Below are positions 27,845 through 43,491 of a DNA stretch of 64,000 nt, one piece after another. Within the stretch, counting starts at the first letter, position 1, and each line of letters starts with the position of its first letter. Both the position numbers and the translations under genes were made by a program. Below the pieces are notes generated by a model. It searched no databases. It had not been told where the DNA came from and saw nothing but the letters and a program-made list of their open reading frames with translations. The stretch lies in NCBI RefSeq assembly GCF_009914755.1, contig NC_060944.1. One strand, 5' to 3'. The DNA is from the human T2T-CHM13v2.0 reference genome, Homo sapiens.

Positions 27845-28232
27845 TCTCTTATTGCAACTCTACAGAATTAAAAAGGACAAGTATTATAAATCAGAAGAGG
27901 GAATTGAATATCTCAGAGGATTCAGTGACTTTCCTAAGGTGCTAAGGCCAGTTAATGGCAGAATAATGACTAGCAGCTAGGGCAATTCACAAGAAGTCTT
28001 GCAAATAAAGGAAGGTAGCGTGTACTACTCCAAAACATGGTCTGAATCATTATCATCCCTATCCTTGTTTTAAACTTCTGTGGAGGAAAAAGTAGCCCCA
28101 CCTTCCAGAAAACACAATGTAAATATAACTGCCATCATTGCCATCTTCATAACTAGGGAAGCCATAGGATTTGCCCTACAAATTGGACTCTTTGAGAATA
28201 ACAGGGATGCTACTAATAACTATGCCAAAAAT

Positions 28233-28354
28233 ATTTATTTCCCACCACATTATTCTAAGCACTGACAACATTAGGTGATATACCCATAATGATCATCTGA
28301 ACATATAAGTGCTTTTATTATCTCCATTTCACAGAATGGAGAAGATGAGGCTTA
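28233..28354 (+). repeat. 122-bp direct copy of 26424-26545
   Basis: 116/122 identical by manual alignment, no gaps. Confidence 0.95.
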
Positions 28355-30519
28355 TTTAAGCAAGCTGGCTCTATGGCCACCCTATCTCTAACTAATATGG
28401 AGAGAGCACTTTATGGGTTACAAACCCTTTTAAGATAATTATATTTCATTTTACAAAAAAAATCCTTCATTGTAATCACAACACCCTCATTTTGCTGAAG
28501 GAAACTCTTATTTTCAGAGAAATGAAGTAACTTTTCTATGGTTCTTGACAGTAGGTAGGCATTTAATAAATGTTTATGTTTATTAAACTGGATGAATAGC
28601 AGTTCAGTGGGTGGATGAATGCATGCATATGTAAGAATAAATGCAAGAAAAGGAAGCAGAAAGCCTAACCACATGGTGTTTTCAAGAAGGTGTAAAGAGA
28701 AGACAGTAAGTAGCTAAATGGATGACTCTCACACTGAGTTCCCCAGAACATCAATGCCCTCCATGACATTAGTAGGTGTTCTGGGACCATCATGTAAGCC
28801 CAAGGTCTTATGTTCAGCTTGCTCATCTATAAAACGGGAGTAAACTTTCATGAAATAGAGGTGGAAGGACAACAGATAATGCAAATAATGTGTTTAGCAC
28901 AGTGAGTAGTACACTAAATAAGAAGACAAATAACAGCAAATATGTACTAATCATTTATGTTCCAGGCATCATGCAAATGCAGTGTGTGGATTAACCTCAT
29001 TTTCTCCTCTGTGTCTCTCTCTAAGTCAGGTACCATTTATTATCCCCACTTCATGGATGAAGAAATTGGGGCTTACAGAGGAAAGATTTTGCCTAAAGTC
29101 ACACAAGAGCCAATGGCAAGGTGACCCAGACCCTGGGTTGCCAGTTACACTGCTGACCTGTCTCCTGCCCAGTGAATGACACCTGTCCTTAGTTTTATTA
29201 CTATGCTTTGTTAAGGAAACACTCCTCACTGTATCCACAGCACTTTAAATTTGGATGGGTCTCAACCCTTTTCAGTCATGTGACCCTTAACAAAATCAAA
29301 ACTAAATCACATTTGAGAAGCCTAAAATGTAAAACAAAGTAAAACCAGAATTGCTGTGATTGAACCAGTTACAGAGCCCTAGAGCCCCCCTTCCTGTGAC
29401 AACTGCATAAAAACCTTTGCCCTCTGTGGAGCACAGTAGGAAAATATTGGTCTGAAGCATAGTTGAGTGGATTTGCTGCCTGGCACATCTAGGCTTACTG
29501 TCTCCGGGGACCATAGCCTGCTGGTTCCCTACAGGATCTGAATGCATGTTTAAGCTCAGATAAAGAGACCCAGGAGGATCATGAGGGTTGGGACAGGATT
29601 GAATAGAGCAGTCATCTTTCTGAGCTTTTTTAGGTAAGACCCAGGCAATAGCCTAGGCTATGGTGGGGTTCCTGGAGAGTCTGTAAGAAAGATTTCCAAG
29701 AAAACTCATTCTTATGAAGCCAGGATTTCTAAAGATAGTGCTGGCTCAATGGCAATGAGGAATGACCTCCTCTTCCCTCCTCTCCCCCCAACTCCAATTA
29801 AGTCATTTTCTTTCTCTCCACCTGTACCTGGGGTTCTCTCCAGACTGCAGGCAAATGGTGCATTAATCACACAGATCAGCCAGTGCACAAGGATGGTGGG
29901 AAGTGGCTGATTTATGAACCAGCCCAAAGTGTGGGGAGGCTGGGAGTGGGTGAGGTGGGCCCAGCTCGGGGAGCATATGGGGGCTCCTTCTCTAGGACCA
30001 GACCCATATGCTCCGCTGCAGGTCCATATGCTGTGTGGGCTGGTCCCCCCTTTGCCAATGTCGAGGCTGCCTGTCTGCTGTAACGTGCAGGGAGCTAGAT
30101 CTGCCACATGCCCTGCTGGCATTCAAACACACCCTTTCCAACTGTGTGAGACATGGGGGCTCTTCTTATAGACAAGAAGAGAGCTACACTTATGCCCTTG
30201 TCAATATGAGTTATTGTCATCAATCTTTTAGAAACAGTCCACAAGAAATGAGCAAGACCAGTTTTTTTTTCTATTTGTTAGAAAAGGGAATTGAGACATA
30301 ATGCTAGAATCACCAACACTATGACTGGCAATAATAATAACCAACAACTATTGCATGTACATCAGGTCCTGAGCTCCATTCTGATCAGTTTTTACACATA
30401 TTAATTAAAGACACAGAGTGGTTGCCCAAGGTCATGGTTTGAGCGTTAGAGTTACGAGTTGTATTCAGATCTATGTTTGCTGCCACTTCCTTTAAATTGT
30501 CATTCATAATTTAGTCTTT

Positions 30520-31030
30520 CCCTCACTCAATGAGCATTTATGGAGCCTCTACCACCGTTAGACCCTATAAAAAGGGCTTAGGATACCACTAAGAATAAAG
30601 CAGATATGATGCCATCTCTCTTGGGAGACACATTTTAGTGGAGCAAGACAGACAACAGCAAACATTTTTAAAAAAGTTAAACAAGAAAATGTGTAGTTAC
30701 AAATTGCACTAACTTAAATGAAGGAAGTAAACAAAGGGCTTGGACAAGAATGGCAGGGTACCTAGAACAGCCAGGGCAGTCAGAAAAGCATGAAGCCTTC
30801 AGGGTGAGAGGGAGCTGCTGGAGGGGAAAGGAGCTCCAGGCTAAGAGGTTAATGTGTGCAAAGGCCCGGAGGAGTGAAGGAGCCCCAGTGCTCTAGGGAC
30901 AAGTGCAGGAGGGACAGAACTAACAAGGGACAGCAGAGAGTGGTAAAAGATGGGATGGAAGGGGAGGTTTCAGGCAGATCATGAAGGGATTATATATGCA
31001 CTGGGAAGTTGCTTCAGAGTTTTCAGTAGC
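30520..31030 (-). mobile_element. L2 fragment
   Basis: 'cactcaatgagcatttatggagcctctacc' is the reverse L2 3' end; 'gtgtgcaaaggcccggagg' is an L2 motif. Confidence 0.65.
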
Positions 31031-31559
31031 TTTGCAGTACTCACTTATAGTTAATATTGGTGAGTAACAGCTTAGCTTGCTCATTAATAATGTGACATCC
31101 CCCAGCTCCCTAGCCGATCCCCTAGGGCCTTTCCCATCCCCAGATATTTTGTAGTGGCAGAAGCCAACTCAAGAAACAGTTATTTGGATAAAGATGTGTG
31201 CTCAACTGGTCTGTATATACCTCCAAGGGCAGGTATTATACTTAATGCCTAGCAATATATGGGAAAATATAGTAGAATTCACAGGATGTGGGTACATTTT
31301 TCAATTTAAAAACTATTACTGAATCTTTAAGACCATGTTTGCTTTTTAGTAAGCTCTAAAATAATATCATTACTCTACCCCATTAAGTTTTACTACACTA
31401 GGTTAGCATTCTATTTTTTTCCTTTGTACATTTTTTTTCTTTGAAGATATCAATAGCTTTGGAATGTTTTATTGTTTTATCATTTCTATCTTTTTTTAAC
31501 TTTCCGTCGCAGCAAGCCTGACCTCAGGGAAAAGATCTATTAGACTGCCAAGATTAAAT

Positions 31560-31810
31560 TTTATTTAACCAACATGTATATAGAGATCATTCTGTGTTCC
31601 TTATGATCTAAATGCCTTACAGGAATAAACACATTTAACCCTATAACAAGCCCATAAGATCGATACTGTTATTATCACCCCCATTTTGCAGATGAAGAAG
31701 CTGAAGCACAAAGAGATTAAGTAAAACAGCCCAAGTTCCTATTGCCAGGAAGTGGTAGAGCTGGGTTTGAGCCCTGGAAGTCTGTCCCCTGTGTCTCTGC
31801 TATTAGTCAT
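31560..31810 (-). mobile_element. MIR
   Basis: 'ccccattttgcagatgaagaagctgaagcacaaagagattaagtaa...gagctgggtttgagccctgg'. Confidence 0.75.
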
Positions 31811-32328
31811 TTCCATCCGATGGAAATTTCCTTGTGTAGAAACTGTGCTTACAGGCCATAATTTTTAACCCTATTGTGCTTCGTATGTTTCCCTTGCCCA
31901 CTAAAGAGGATTCTGACTTGACATGTGGATCTTCCCTCATCCTCTGAGCTCTCAGGAGCCTCCTGTCAAGCAGGGCAGGGTTTGGGGTTTGTTACTTAGT
32001 GTCAGGAGAAAAGGGCAAAAGGAAAAGGTAGAGTGTGGGGAGGAGATTGTCAGGGATTGAGGAGATTGCTTAGAGAGACAGACTGCAGCTGCCATGTGTG
32101 AGGTCTGAGGATCTGTGAGACTCAAAGGGAAATTTTAAGAAGCATTGCGGAGAAGAGAAACTTCTTTTGCTGACAAGTGTGAGAAGTAAAGGCAAAAAGG
32201 CTTTCACAGTTCTGAACACTGTTTTATTGTTATCCTGCATTCTGCAATGGATATCACTCCATGCTGAGCCTGGTGAGCCACATGTTACAACAGCAAGGCA
32301 GCTAAAAACAATGCAATTTTATTTTCAT

Positions 32329-32430
32329 TTTCTTTCTGCCCTCTTTCTTTCTCTTTTTCTCTAGCTTTCCCTTCCTCCTTTCCTCTTTCTCTTTCCCTCC
32401 CTCCATCCTTTTTCCCTTCCTTCCTTTCAG
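32329..32430. repeat. Polypyrimidine low-complexity tract (~100 nt)
   Basis: Almost pure C/T run ending in ...ttcctttcag. Confidence 0.85.
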
Positions 32431-32791
32431 GATCCATTTTTGGAGCACCCATTCTGTGCCAGATCTTGTTCACACCCTCTGACCTTCAGAAGCTCAGTCT
32501 TAATATCATCGAGGAAAACATTTAGACTACATACACGTCTCCGGTAATGTGAGGACATTTGATCTCCTGCAGTCCCCTGGAGAGCTGCTACTCTTTTACT
32601 TGGTCTATGAGCAAAGCTTGCACTTTGTCATGCCTACGATTTGAGAATGTGAATTCTTCCACATGGCATCTCTCCTATAGGTTCTCATTCACTCCTTCTG
32701 AAGGCTTGGGTAAAAGACAAATTGAGAAACTGTTTCACAGTTTGCAGACTTCTTAAATATTTGTCTGTGAGTGCTGTTGGACTTAGTATAA

Positions 32792-33014
32792 CAGGATTTA
32801 GCAAACTCTTTTCTGTAAAGAACCAGCTATTAAATATTTTAGGCTTTGTAGGTCATTCAGTCTCTGTCACAATATCTCCACTTTGCTGTTGTAGTGTGAA
32901 AGTAGCTTTATACAATATGTAAACAAATGTGCATGACTGCTTTCTGAAAAACTTCATTTACAGAAGCTGGCAGCAGGTGGATTTGGTCTGTGGGCTATAG
33001 ACTGCTGATCCCTG
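32792..33014 (+). mobile_element. MER58A hAT-Charlie element
   Basis: 'caggatttagcaaactcttttctgtaaagaaccag' ... 'ctatagactgctgatccctg'. Confidence 0.85.
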
Positions 33015-33687
33015 TAGAGAAATTTGGATTCTTCCGTGCATAGACACTATCCCTTGTGGATGTTCTGATCCAACCAGAGGATCCCTAAGTGACTGCCGGG
33101 CTTGTGCAATGAGGTGGTGGTGTCTTTAAGCTTCCCACCGGCAGGCCTTTTCAGGTGTTTATGGTCAGGTGATAGGAGACGTTGCTCCAATCAGAACTGG
33201 AACACAGTTGCCCTAATCTTCATGGGCATCCAGTTTATGAAGGGAGCCAAGGAAAGTGTGATATTTAAAAAGGGATTTTGGGGACGATGCTGGGTGTGAA
33301 CACACACCTATGTACAAACAATTTTTCAACATGTTTGATGTTTTGTGTGTCATGAGTGGGTAAATCTATGGTGATGGTGGTGTTGGCTGATCCATTTTCA
33401 CTTGTTTACTTGATGGGGACAGAGAAGGAGAGGTGAAAATGGGGGCATCCCAGGGACCAGAGCCAAATAAGATGGATGGGTGGTTATTCAAGATGCAGGA
33501 AGGTGACTGCTACCTCTCTCCTGGGAACATAGAAACCTTACTAAGAGAAATGCATCCTGCAAGGATAGCCACAAAGGGATAGCCTGTGCTGAATCTAGAT
33601 GCTTTTATTTAATGCCTATGAATGCTTTTAGATGGAACATGTATTTCTAGATCTCCAAATTCTCTCCATTCTCTTATGATTCATCCC

Positions 33688-34140
33688 TGTGGTGTTTGAG
33701 TTTGCACTCTGTGAAGACCTTCTTTGCCACTTCCTGCACACTCTTTCTCCAGTGTGCTTTCCCTTCAAACAGCCACACCTGCAGGTGTTTCCCAAAGGAA
33801 CGCCTTTGATCTATGGAACCCTATGCCCACATTGAGATGAGTGAGAAGTGCCTTGGAATTCACACCCTCCAGGGTGGCCCTTAACCAATGACTAAGGGGA
33901 TGTAGGAGTTTAAAAGCTTCCTTGTGTGGGGTGTGGATGATGATGACAACTACTGGGGTAACTTACCCTCCAGAGTTCCCTGTGGGTCAGGCTGCTGGAC
34001 TTGGCATGATAATGTACTCCTGTCTGACTTTGCTCACAACCCCTCTTTTCTTTCCTCCTTCCCTCTTCCCTGCCCAGTTTCTCCTGGGAGCATGTCCTTC
34101 ATAAATCACTTGTGCACAAATCCTCATTTCAGGGGACAGT
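33688..34140 (+). mobile_element. LTR16-like ERVL LTR
   Basis: 3' motif 'ataaatcacttgtgcacaaatcctcatttcaggg'. Confidence 0.55.
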
Positions 34141-34171
34141 AATTTGAATAGTGAGGTGCGTGCAAGTAGTT

Positions 34172-34347
34172 TATCTATGCCTCCTGGGTAAGGTACTCGG
34201 TGCCTAGCACCATATTGGAAACTCAGTAGGATTTGTAAGATCTGGCTACATCTTTAAATTCTAAATCCACTACTGAGTCTTTAAGACCATGTTTGCCTTT
34301 TATAGTAAGCTCTAAAATGATTTCATTACTCCACCCCATTAAGTTTT
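34172..34347 (+). repeat. ~180-bp diverged direct copy of 31214-31391
   Basis: Shared core tactga(a/g)tctttaagaccatgtttgc...tagtaagctctaaaat...tcattactc(t/c)accccattaagtttt; weaker similarity upstream. Confidence 0.9.
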
Positions 34348-34949
34348 GAGACCTGTCCCAAGACTCATTCCCTGAAGAAAAATATAAAGAGCTGCTAAGG
34401 AGAGGTAGAAGCCAGGCAGATACTTGGGCCAAAAAATGAAATGGTTCATTGATTACAGGAAAGGAAAGAGGAAAACAACTTAATTTAGATTGAAACTCCT
34501 CTCCCATTTTTTTCTCCATGTATTAGAGTTAATGAATTTGTGAAATAAGAAAGAGTGGATGAGGGGAATGCTATTCAAATGCCTGCAAATTAATCTTCCT
34601 GGATTCTTCCTGCTTCAGCCTCCCTATCTTCTCCTTCAGGCTGAGAGCTCAGAGGTGGTGGGCACATGGTGCCACCCACAAGTTATCATTTGCTAGCTAG
34701 TATCACAAACTAGTAAATGTTGTATCACCCTCCCTTTTTCTCTTTTGGGTATTTTTTTTCTGTTCTCCTCACTATGAAACATCATATTCAGGAGAAGAAA
34801 GAGAGAGTTTATAGAGTTTAATACTGATTCAAAAAGTCACTGAAAATCCCATTTAGTTATAGAGAGTGATATAAAAATATAGATAAATATGTATTTATAT
34901 TTTTAAAATGGTATTTTATTGATATGTAGCATGTGTTTCACTGGGCCAA

Positions 34950-36005
34950 TGATATTATATTTATTTATACTTTTATATATTTAAGGTGCACAATGTGATG
35001 TTTTGATATATATATATATACACATATGGTAAAATGATTGCTAGAGTCAAGCAAACTGACATATCCATGTATCCATCACCTCACATAGCTAAGTTCTGGT
35101 GTGTATAGGAAGAGTACCTAAAATCTACCCTCTTAGCTAATTTTCAGTATACAGTATGATATTATTAACAAAATCTGCATGCTATATGTTACATCTGTAG
35201 ACTTAATCATTCTACATCACTGCAAATTTGGACTCTTTGACTCATATCTCCCCATTTTCTCCTCCTCCCTGCCCCTGGTAACCGTCATTCTAGTCTCTGT
35301 TTCTATGTATTCTCAATTTCTATGTATTCAACTTTTTTTAGATTCCACATAAGTGAGATCATGCAGTCTTTCTGTGCCCGGCCTGTATCACTCAGCCTAT
35401 TTCTCTCCAGGCTCATTTGTGTGGTTTGCAAGTGGCAGTATCTCCCTTTTTATAAGCCAAATAAAATTTTATTATATATATGAAGATTATACACACATAC
35501 ACACATTTTCTTTGTTGATTCAAACACAGGTTAATTTGTTTATTGGGTTGTTTCCACATCTTAGCTATTGTGAATAATGCTGCAATAAACATAGGAACAA
35601 AGATATCTACAAGGTGCCAATTTCGTTTCCTTTGGGTATATGCCCATTGGAAGGATTGCTGGTCATACGGTAGTACAAGTTTTAATTTTTTGAGGAACCT
35701 CCATACTGTTTTCCATAATGACTGTACTAATTTACATTCCCACCAGCAGTTTGAAAAGATCCTCTTCTCTCTACATCCTTGCTAACACTTGTTTTCTCTT
35801 ATCTTCTTGATAAGAAGCCATCCTAGCAGGTGGCTTCTCATTGTGGCTTTGACTTGCATTTCCCTGATGATTAGTGATGCTGAGTACATTTTCATACATC
35901 TATTGGCCATTTTCATGTGTGTGTGTTTTTTTTTTTTTTGGAAAGTGCCTGTTCAGATCCTTTGCTCATTTTTAAATAAGGTTATTTGTTTTTTGCTTTT
36001 GAGCT
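34950..36005 (-). mobile_element. L1MA-type 3' portion
   Basis: Reverse 3'UTR 'tatatttaaggtgcacaatgtgatgttttgata' and reverse ORF2 end ('ttttttgaggaacctccatactgttttccataatg'). Confidence 0.85.
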
Positions 36006-36169
36006 GTGTGACAGTGGAGTCAATGATACTTGTGTGTATAAAAAGGTTCTGTAATGCTGACCTGGCTTATACAATTTAAAGAGAATTTCTAGAATCACAT
36101 TTTGATGAATTCTTTATTCCCCAATAGTCCTAATCTTAAAAAAGTTGCCATGAAAGGGGTAGCAATACT

Positions 36170-36386
36170 CAGTGTGGCACAGGAGCTGGCTTATACCAGC
36201 TCACAAGAGCCTATTGTTAACTTTTCAGGAATTACGCAAACTCGTCAGTGTTACATTGGTGGCTTGAAAATGGCTGTGTTGGAAATATTTACACCATGAA
36301 CATTGACAAAAGCTTTAAATCATGCCACACCTTTCCCACTCCTTCCCAGGAGATCTGACTGTCAAATGTTTACCAGAACACCACTG
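36170..36386. mobile_element. MER63-like hAT element
   Basis: Ends cagtgtg... / ...caccactg; internal 'gagctggcttataccagctcacaagagcc'. Confidence 0.65.
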
Positions 36387-37338
36387 GTAGTGCCTGGACC
36401 TTTCCTCTGCCCACATGTGGTGACCTTTCCTCTGCCATGCCTGTGGACTGGCTGGGTTAACAGTGGGGTGTCTAGGTAAGCGTCTGGATCAGGATTGTTG
36501 CAAAGGGCTCCTTGCTTTCTCTCCATTGTGATCTGCATAACATTCATGAAAGTCTTTCCTCCTGCCAGCAGGTCTGTTCTTGCATTAGAAAAGGTTGTGT
36601 TCAGTTATCTTTCTGCACTTGGAAATACATATTTTGTGAGATAAATGAAGAAATATTTGCAGCTGGTATACTTTTCCTCCCAGGATATTTGAATATTTTG
36701 AAGCTATGGTCTCATTTTGCTGAGAAGAGAAAGAAAGTCAGCCTGATTCCTGGCTTGTATATGAGTGCTAGAACTCATGATCATGATGGACAGACTTAAA
36801 CATGTTCTTTCTGCCAGAGCATGAACCTCATTCTATGATGAGAATAATAGGGGTGGTTTTGAATTAGGCTGTTATGAGTGAGCCTATGAATATATGTGAA
36901 TGCAGCTAAGTAGCTTTAATATTCATTCATTCAACAGACATCAGCTTCATAGTGTAGATTCACAGCCCAGCAGGGAAGAGCTAGGATGTATATGCCTATT
37001 GTCTGAATGGTACATGGCGTGATAGAATGGAGTTGAGGTTTTAAGTCAAGCAGACCTGTGTGTGAATCTTAGCTCTGTAATTCTCTAGCTGTGTGAACTT
37101 AACCAAGCCATTTAACTTCAATTTTGTCATAAGTAGGATGACAATAATAATACTCACTTTTCCAAGAAAAAAAAAAACAGGAGCTTCCTAGGCAAAGTGG
37201 GATGAACTCATCCACAAACAAGGAACAGCTCATACAAAGGTGTGGAAGAATGCAATGTGACAGGAATATTAAAACTGGCAACTAGTTAGGAGACAGAATA
37301 TCTGATGTTATTTTTTCTTTAAAAAATAAATGACTTCT

Positions 37339-37813
<475 letters not shown>

Positions 37814-38763
37814 TTAAGGTATAGGCATAAGAATGAGTAAATGCCAAGAGAACACTGGATCCTTCCTTCTCTTGGGCAAATGGTAATGCTCCCAGAGGCA
37901 GAAATGGGCCTTGCTTTGCATTCCAGACTTGCCCTCTGTGAACAGGCTTTGCATAAAGTGAATGCAATGATAGAAGATTACAGACCTGCAGCCAGAGGTA
38001 GAAGATCAGGAGGGGACTGGATTATTGGAGAGCTGTTCTCAAGTTCAGGGACTGGGGTCCAGAATCTCCAGTGGCTGGAGGGATAGGCCTCTGTGTTTAT
38101 TCAAAAGCTCCCTGGGAGATTCAGACACATCCTTTCACTCCCCACCTCTCTAGGTCCCTTTTCTTGTTCACTGAACGCACTGATGTGGAGTGTACTGCAG
38201 GGAAACCTTGTGCTGTAGTATTTGGGAATGCTGTCTTGAAGGGGCAAACCTGGGGTTCTTCTTTAGACTTTTTATTCACTATTCTAAACGTGATCCGTTC
38301 TCCCAAATGTAATATTTTCCCCCGAGAATAAAAACACTGAAGAAGTACGCAAAATAAATGTGTCCCTCCCCTGAAAATTGCCTCATTGTTGAGTTCTTTT
38401 TCCTTTTACAAATTCTGTATTTGCTGAGCAACAGAATTACAATGACAATAACAAAACCCCCAAATAAAGCTGTTTCCATTTTTCATATTTACCGCAGGCC
38501 TTGTCCATATGTAGACATAATTTTTCCAGTGTTACTCATAGTGTCATATAATTTTATATTTTGCTTGATTCACTTAACATTATATTATAAACAAATGTTG
38601 AGTTTCTTTGTCGTATTCCTAACAGACATTTTGACTGGCTGCATACTATTCCATCAAGTGGATGTAATTTTATTTACTTAACCATTTCTCTATTATTAGG
38701 TATTTATGGTATTTACAATTGTTTTTAATAATACATTAAACTATCACAGAAATAAACATCTTC

Positions 38764-39070
<307 letters not shown>

Positions 39071-40472
39071 TTATAATTTTTTGTCTTGTTTTAAAATGAT
39101 TATATTGAGTACAATTTTCATAGGTGGCAAAATGACCTAAAAACATTTCCAGGTACAAGTTTACAGGGCAACCAGCTTTCAAACAGAGATGTTTACCAGC
39201 TTTGTCAAGATATTCATCCCTTTTGGATTTTTGCTCATGTCAAGAGATGTTATTGCTAACTGCAATTGAACTAGAAAGGAGATCACAGGGCAATGGAAAA
39301 CATGCTGGGCCAGGCATTTAAACACATATAGCAAACTCTCCCCTGCAGAACAGAGGTGTGGCACTCGTTATAGATATCCATTTAATGGATATGACAATTT
39401 GAACGTAGCTTTGGGAAAATCAAGAGAAGCCATTAGGGTCCATTCCTGAGGAAGCAGCCCGAATGTCTATATTTGGGAGGTCTGTGAAGCTCTCTAGAGT
39501 GTAACAATCACAGCACTCCTATGTTGTCCAGATAGAACACAAAGGAGGTCACAGGAGGCAATGCACAATGGGAAGGCACCCCAGAACTGAAAAGGGACTG
39601 GCAGGCCTAAGAAGGGAGTTTCAGGCTAGCAATTGGGGTAGCACCTCTCCTATGGGACCAGGCAAGAGCAGGTAAAAACTGCAGCCATCCCTGATCCTCC
39701 AGCTGTACTGACTCCTTTGTACATCAACCCTTCAGTGCAGATCAGAAAAATGATTCCCTCCAAACCTGGTTAGGTTAGGAAGGAGCTGCTAATTTTTTTG
39801 CTGGCTTGTGATCTCAGTCCTTCTGGTCCTGTGAGAATTTGAGTGCAAATGGCTGAACTCTTATAAGTCTGGGGCTGGTTTTATAATTATAGCTCATCTT
39901 GTGTGTATCTTACCTTCCTCTTTCTCTTGCACCTGCTTCTTCCTCATTGTCTATTAATTTGCTTATGCTTCTCTAACCCTGCAAGATTAAAAAAATGACC
40001 TTACTTCTCTGTTTCTTTGCCTTTAGCTTCAAAAATGTCAACATTTAGATTTTTTTTTCTATTTGTGTTCCATGAGATACTGTGCAAAAATGAACAATTA
40101 AAATGCCTTCTGACAGAGTTGCCTAATTAGATAGTAAAGTGTGCAAATTCTATTTCTCATAGCAGAGATCTCAGATGATCTTTTTCTTTCCTCTCTTCTC
40201 TCCCATGTCAGAAGGGTTTAATATATTGTTTTCTCTCTTCTCTTTCTGACCCTATAGTGGCTTTCTTCCAAGCAGAATAGCACCACATGAGTGCCTTGTT
40301 ACAGTGGACAGGAACATGCATTATTTACAAACTCTATGCTGCTCCCACAAGCAGCAGTTCTCAAAAGAATTTACATTTATTTCAAACTATTTTGTGAATC
40401 AATAGAACATATTTCCTTCTGATCTTTTAGCAAATTTAGCTGAATGAAACATTTTAAAAATAGAGTGGTTTC

Positions 40473-40656
40473 CACCAGGGCCTGTCGGGGAGTGGGGGGC
40501 TAGGGGAGGGATAGCATTAGGAGAAATACCTAATGTAGATGACGGGTTGATGGGTGCAGCAAACCACCAAGGCAGGTGTATACCTATGTGACAAACCTGC
40601 TCATTCTGCACATGTATCCCAGAACTTAAAGTATAATAAAAAAATTAAAAAAAAAT
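40473..40656 (+). mobile_element. Short L1PA (L1PA6/7-like) 3' end
   Basis: 'gggatagcattaggagaaatacctaatgtagatgacgggttgatgggtgcagc'; TSD tagagtggtttc at 40461-40472 and 40657-40668. Confidence 0.92.
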
Positions 40657-40749
40657 TAGAGTGGTTTCTTCACACCTATGCATAAAGATAGGAATTTTTT
40701 CAGAAAAATTTCAGCTTTGTCATTATTTAAAATTTGTTTCAAGTTGCCA

Positions 40750-42210
<1,461 letters not shown>

Positions 42211-43491
42211 ATCCTTTGCCTGTTTTTCTTATCTTCTGAATCTTATTGATGTCCATTTGACGGTTTGAAAATTTAAGAGATAGGAGCATATTTAGTTACT
42301 ATTTGGAAAGTTTTCATGGATGAGGACACAGTCCATAGGGGATATGTGAAAATTGGGGGTAAGGACACCCAAAGGCACCCCTTGGGAGCATTCTGGAAGA
42401 AGTCTTGGAATGAGGAAGCCAAACTTTGTTTCTACAGAAATTCTTAACCTCTCTAAGCATCAATTTCCTTGAGTGTAAAATAGGGATAATAATGTCCCTG
42501 CAGAGGTATGGTAAAGATTAACATCAAGTACTCCCTGGATGTTTCCTGGTACAATACCTGGTGCAAAGTCAGTCTCATTACATAGTAATTCCCCTGACTC
42601 CAGGGAGTCATGTGCTCAAATACCAACCCCTACTCTCTAATTCTGTTGTGCATGGGAATTCTTTGCTTCTGTAGGCCTCTTGCCAGTTCATAGACCTAAA
42701 CTGTGAACTACACAGAGAGGAAATTGTAGTCTGCCTCCTGCAGCATGCAGCCCTGACTCAAACTTGTTTTAAATTCACATTGGTGAAAAATGGGCTTGCA
42801 TCCCACTGTGAATTTAAATACTTACAACCCAGGAAGAAACGGATCGCATGGCTCATTTATCTTGCAGCCATTAATTAATGGTGGTTAATTGTAGTTATGA
42901 GCTGTTGAATTCCAGGCTCTTGCACCCACACATTTTCTTTAATGTGTTCAGAAAACCATGGAGGCAGTGAGTTGGGGACTGAAAGAAAGACTGTCCCAGA
43001 GAGGATAGGCTCACAACCCCACCCCTGCTCACTTGTTTGTTAAGAGAGGGCCTACTGCTGCACCAACCTTCTAGGCAGGGGGCTGTGATCCCACAACACA
43101 CTGCTTTCTGGGCCACTTCCCCACATATTTATTGTCCCCTAAGTTCCTGGGAGGGATCTTCTTAGACAAACCCTCTTTGTATTTCTTCTGCAAATGAGAA
43201 GTAAATTAACTTGCAACAAAGAGGAAAGAACTTTAATAAATCTGGCAGCTTGAAAGAGATTGTGATATGAAGAATCAGGACTTGGGCAAGAATGAAAATT
43301 ATGTTTTTGAATATTTCTGTTGTACTCTCTGGGGAGAAGACTGCTAAGGGGTGGGACATAACCTGGGACAAGATGAATATGGATGTTTCAGAAGAGAAGA
43401 GCCCTTGTGACCACCTTTTAGACTTCATCAGATGAAACTTCTGTAGACATCTCTGACCTCACAGCTCAGGAGTTATCACTGGATTTATGAA

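Noticed and set aside
39374-39392. 9-bp-arm palindrome atatccatt-t-aatggatat
   Set aside because: Short and isolated; plausible by chance in 64 kb
40486-40509. G-quadruplex motif
   Set aside because: Standard G-rich tract of the L1PA 3'UTR, not locus-specific
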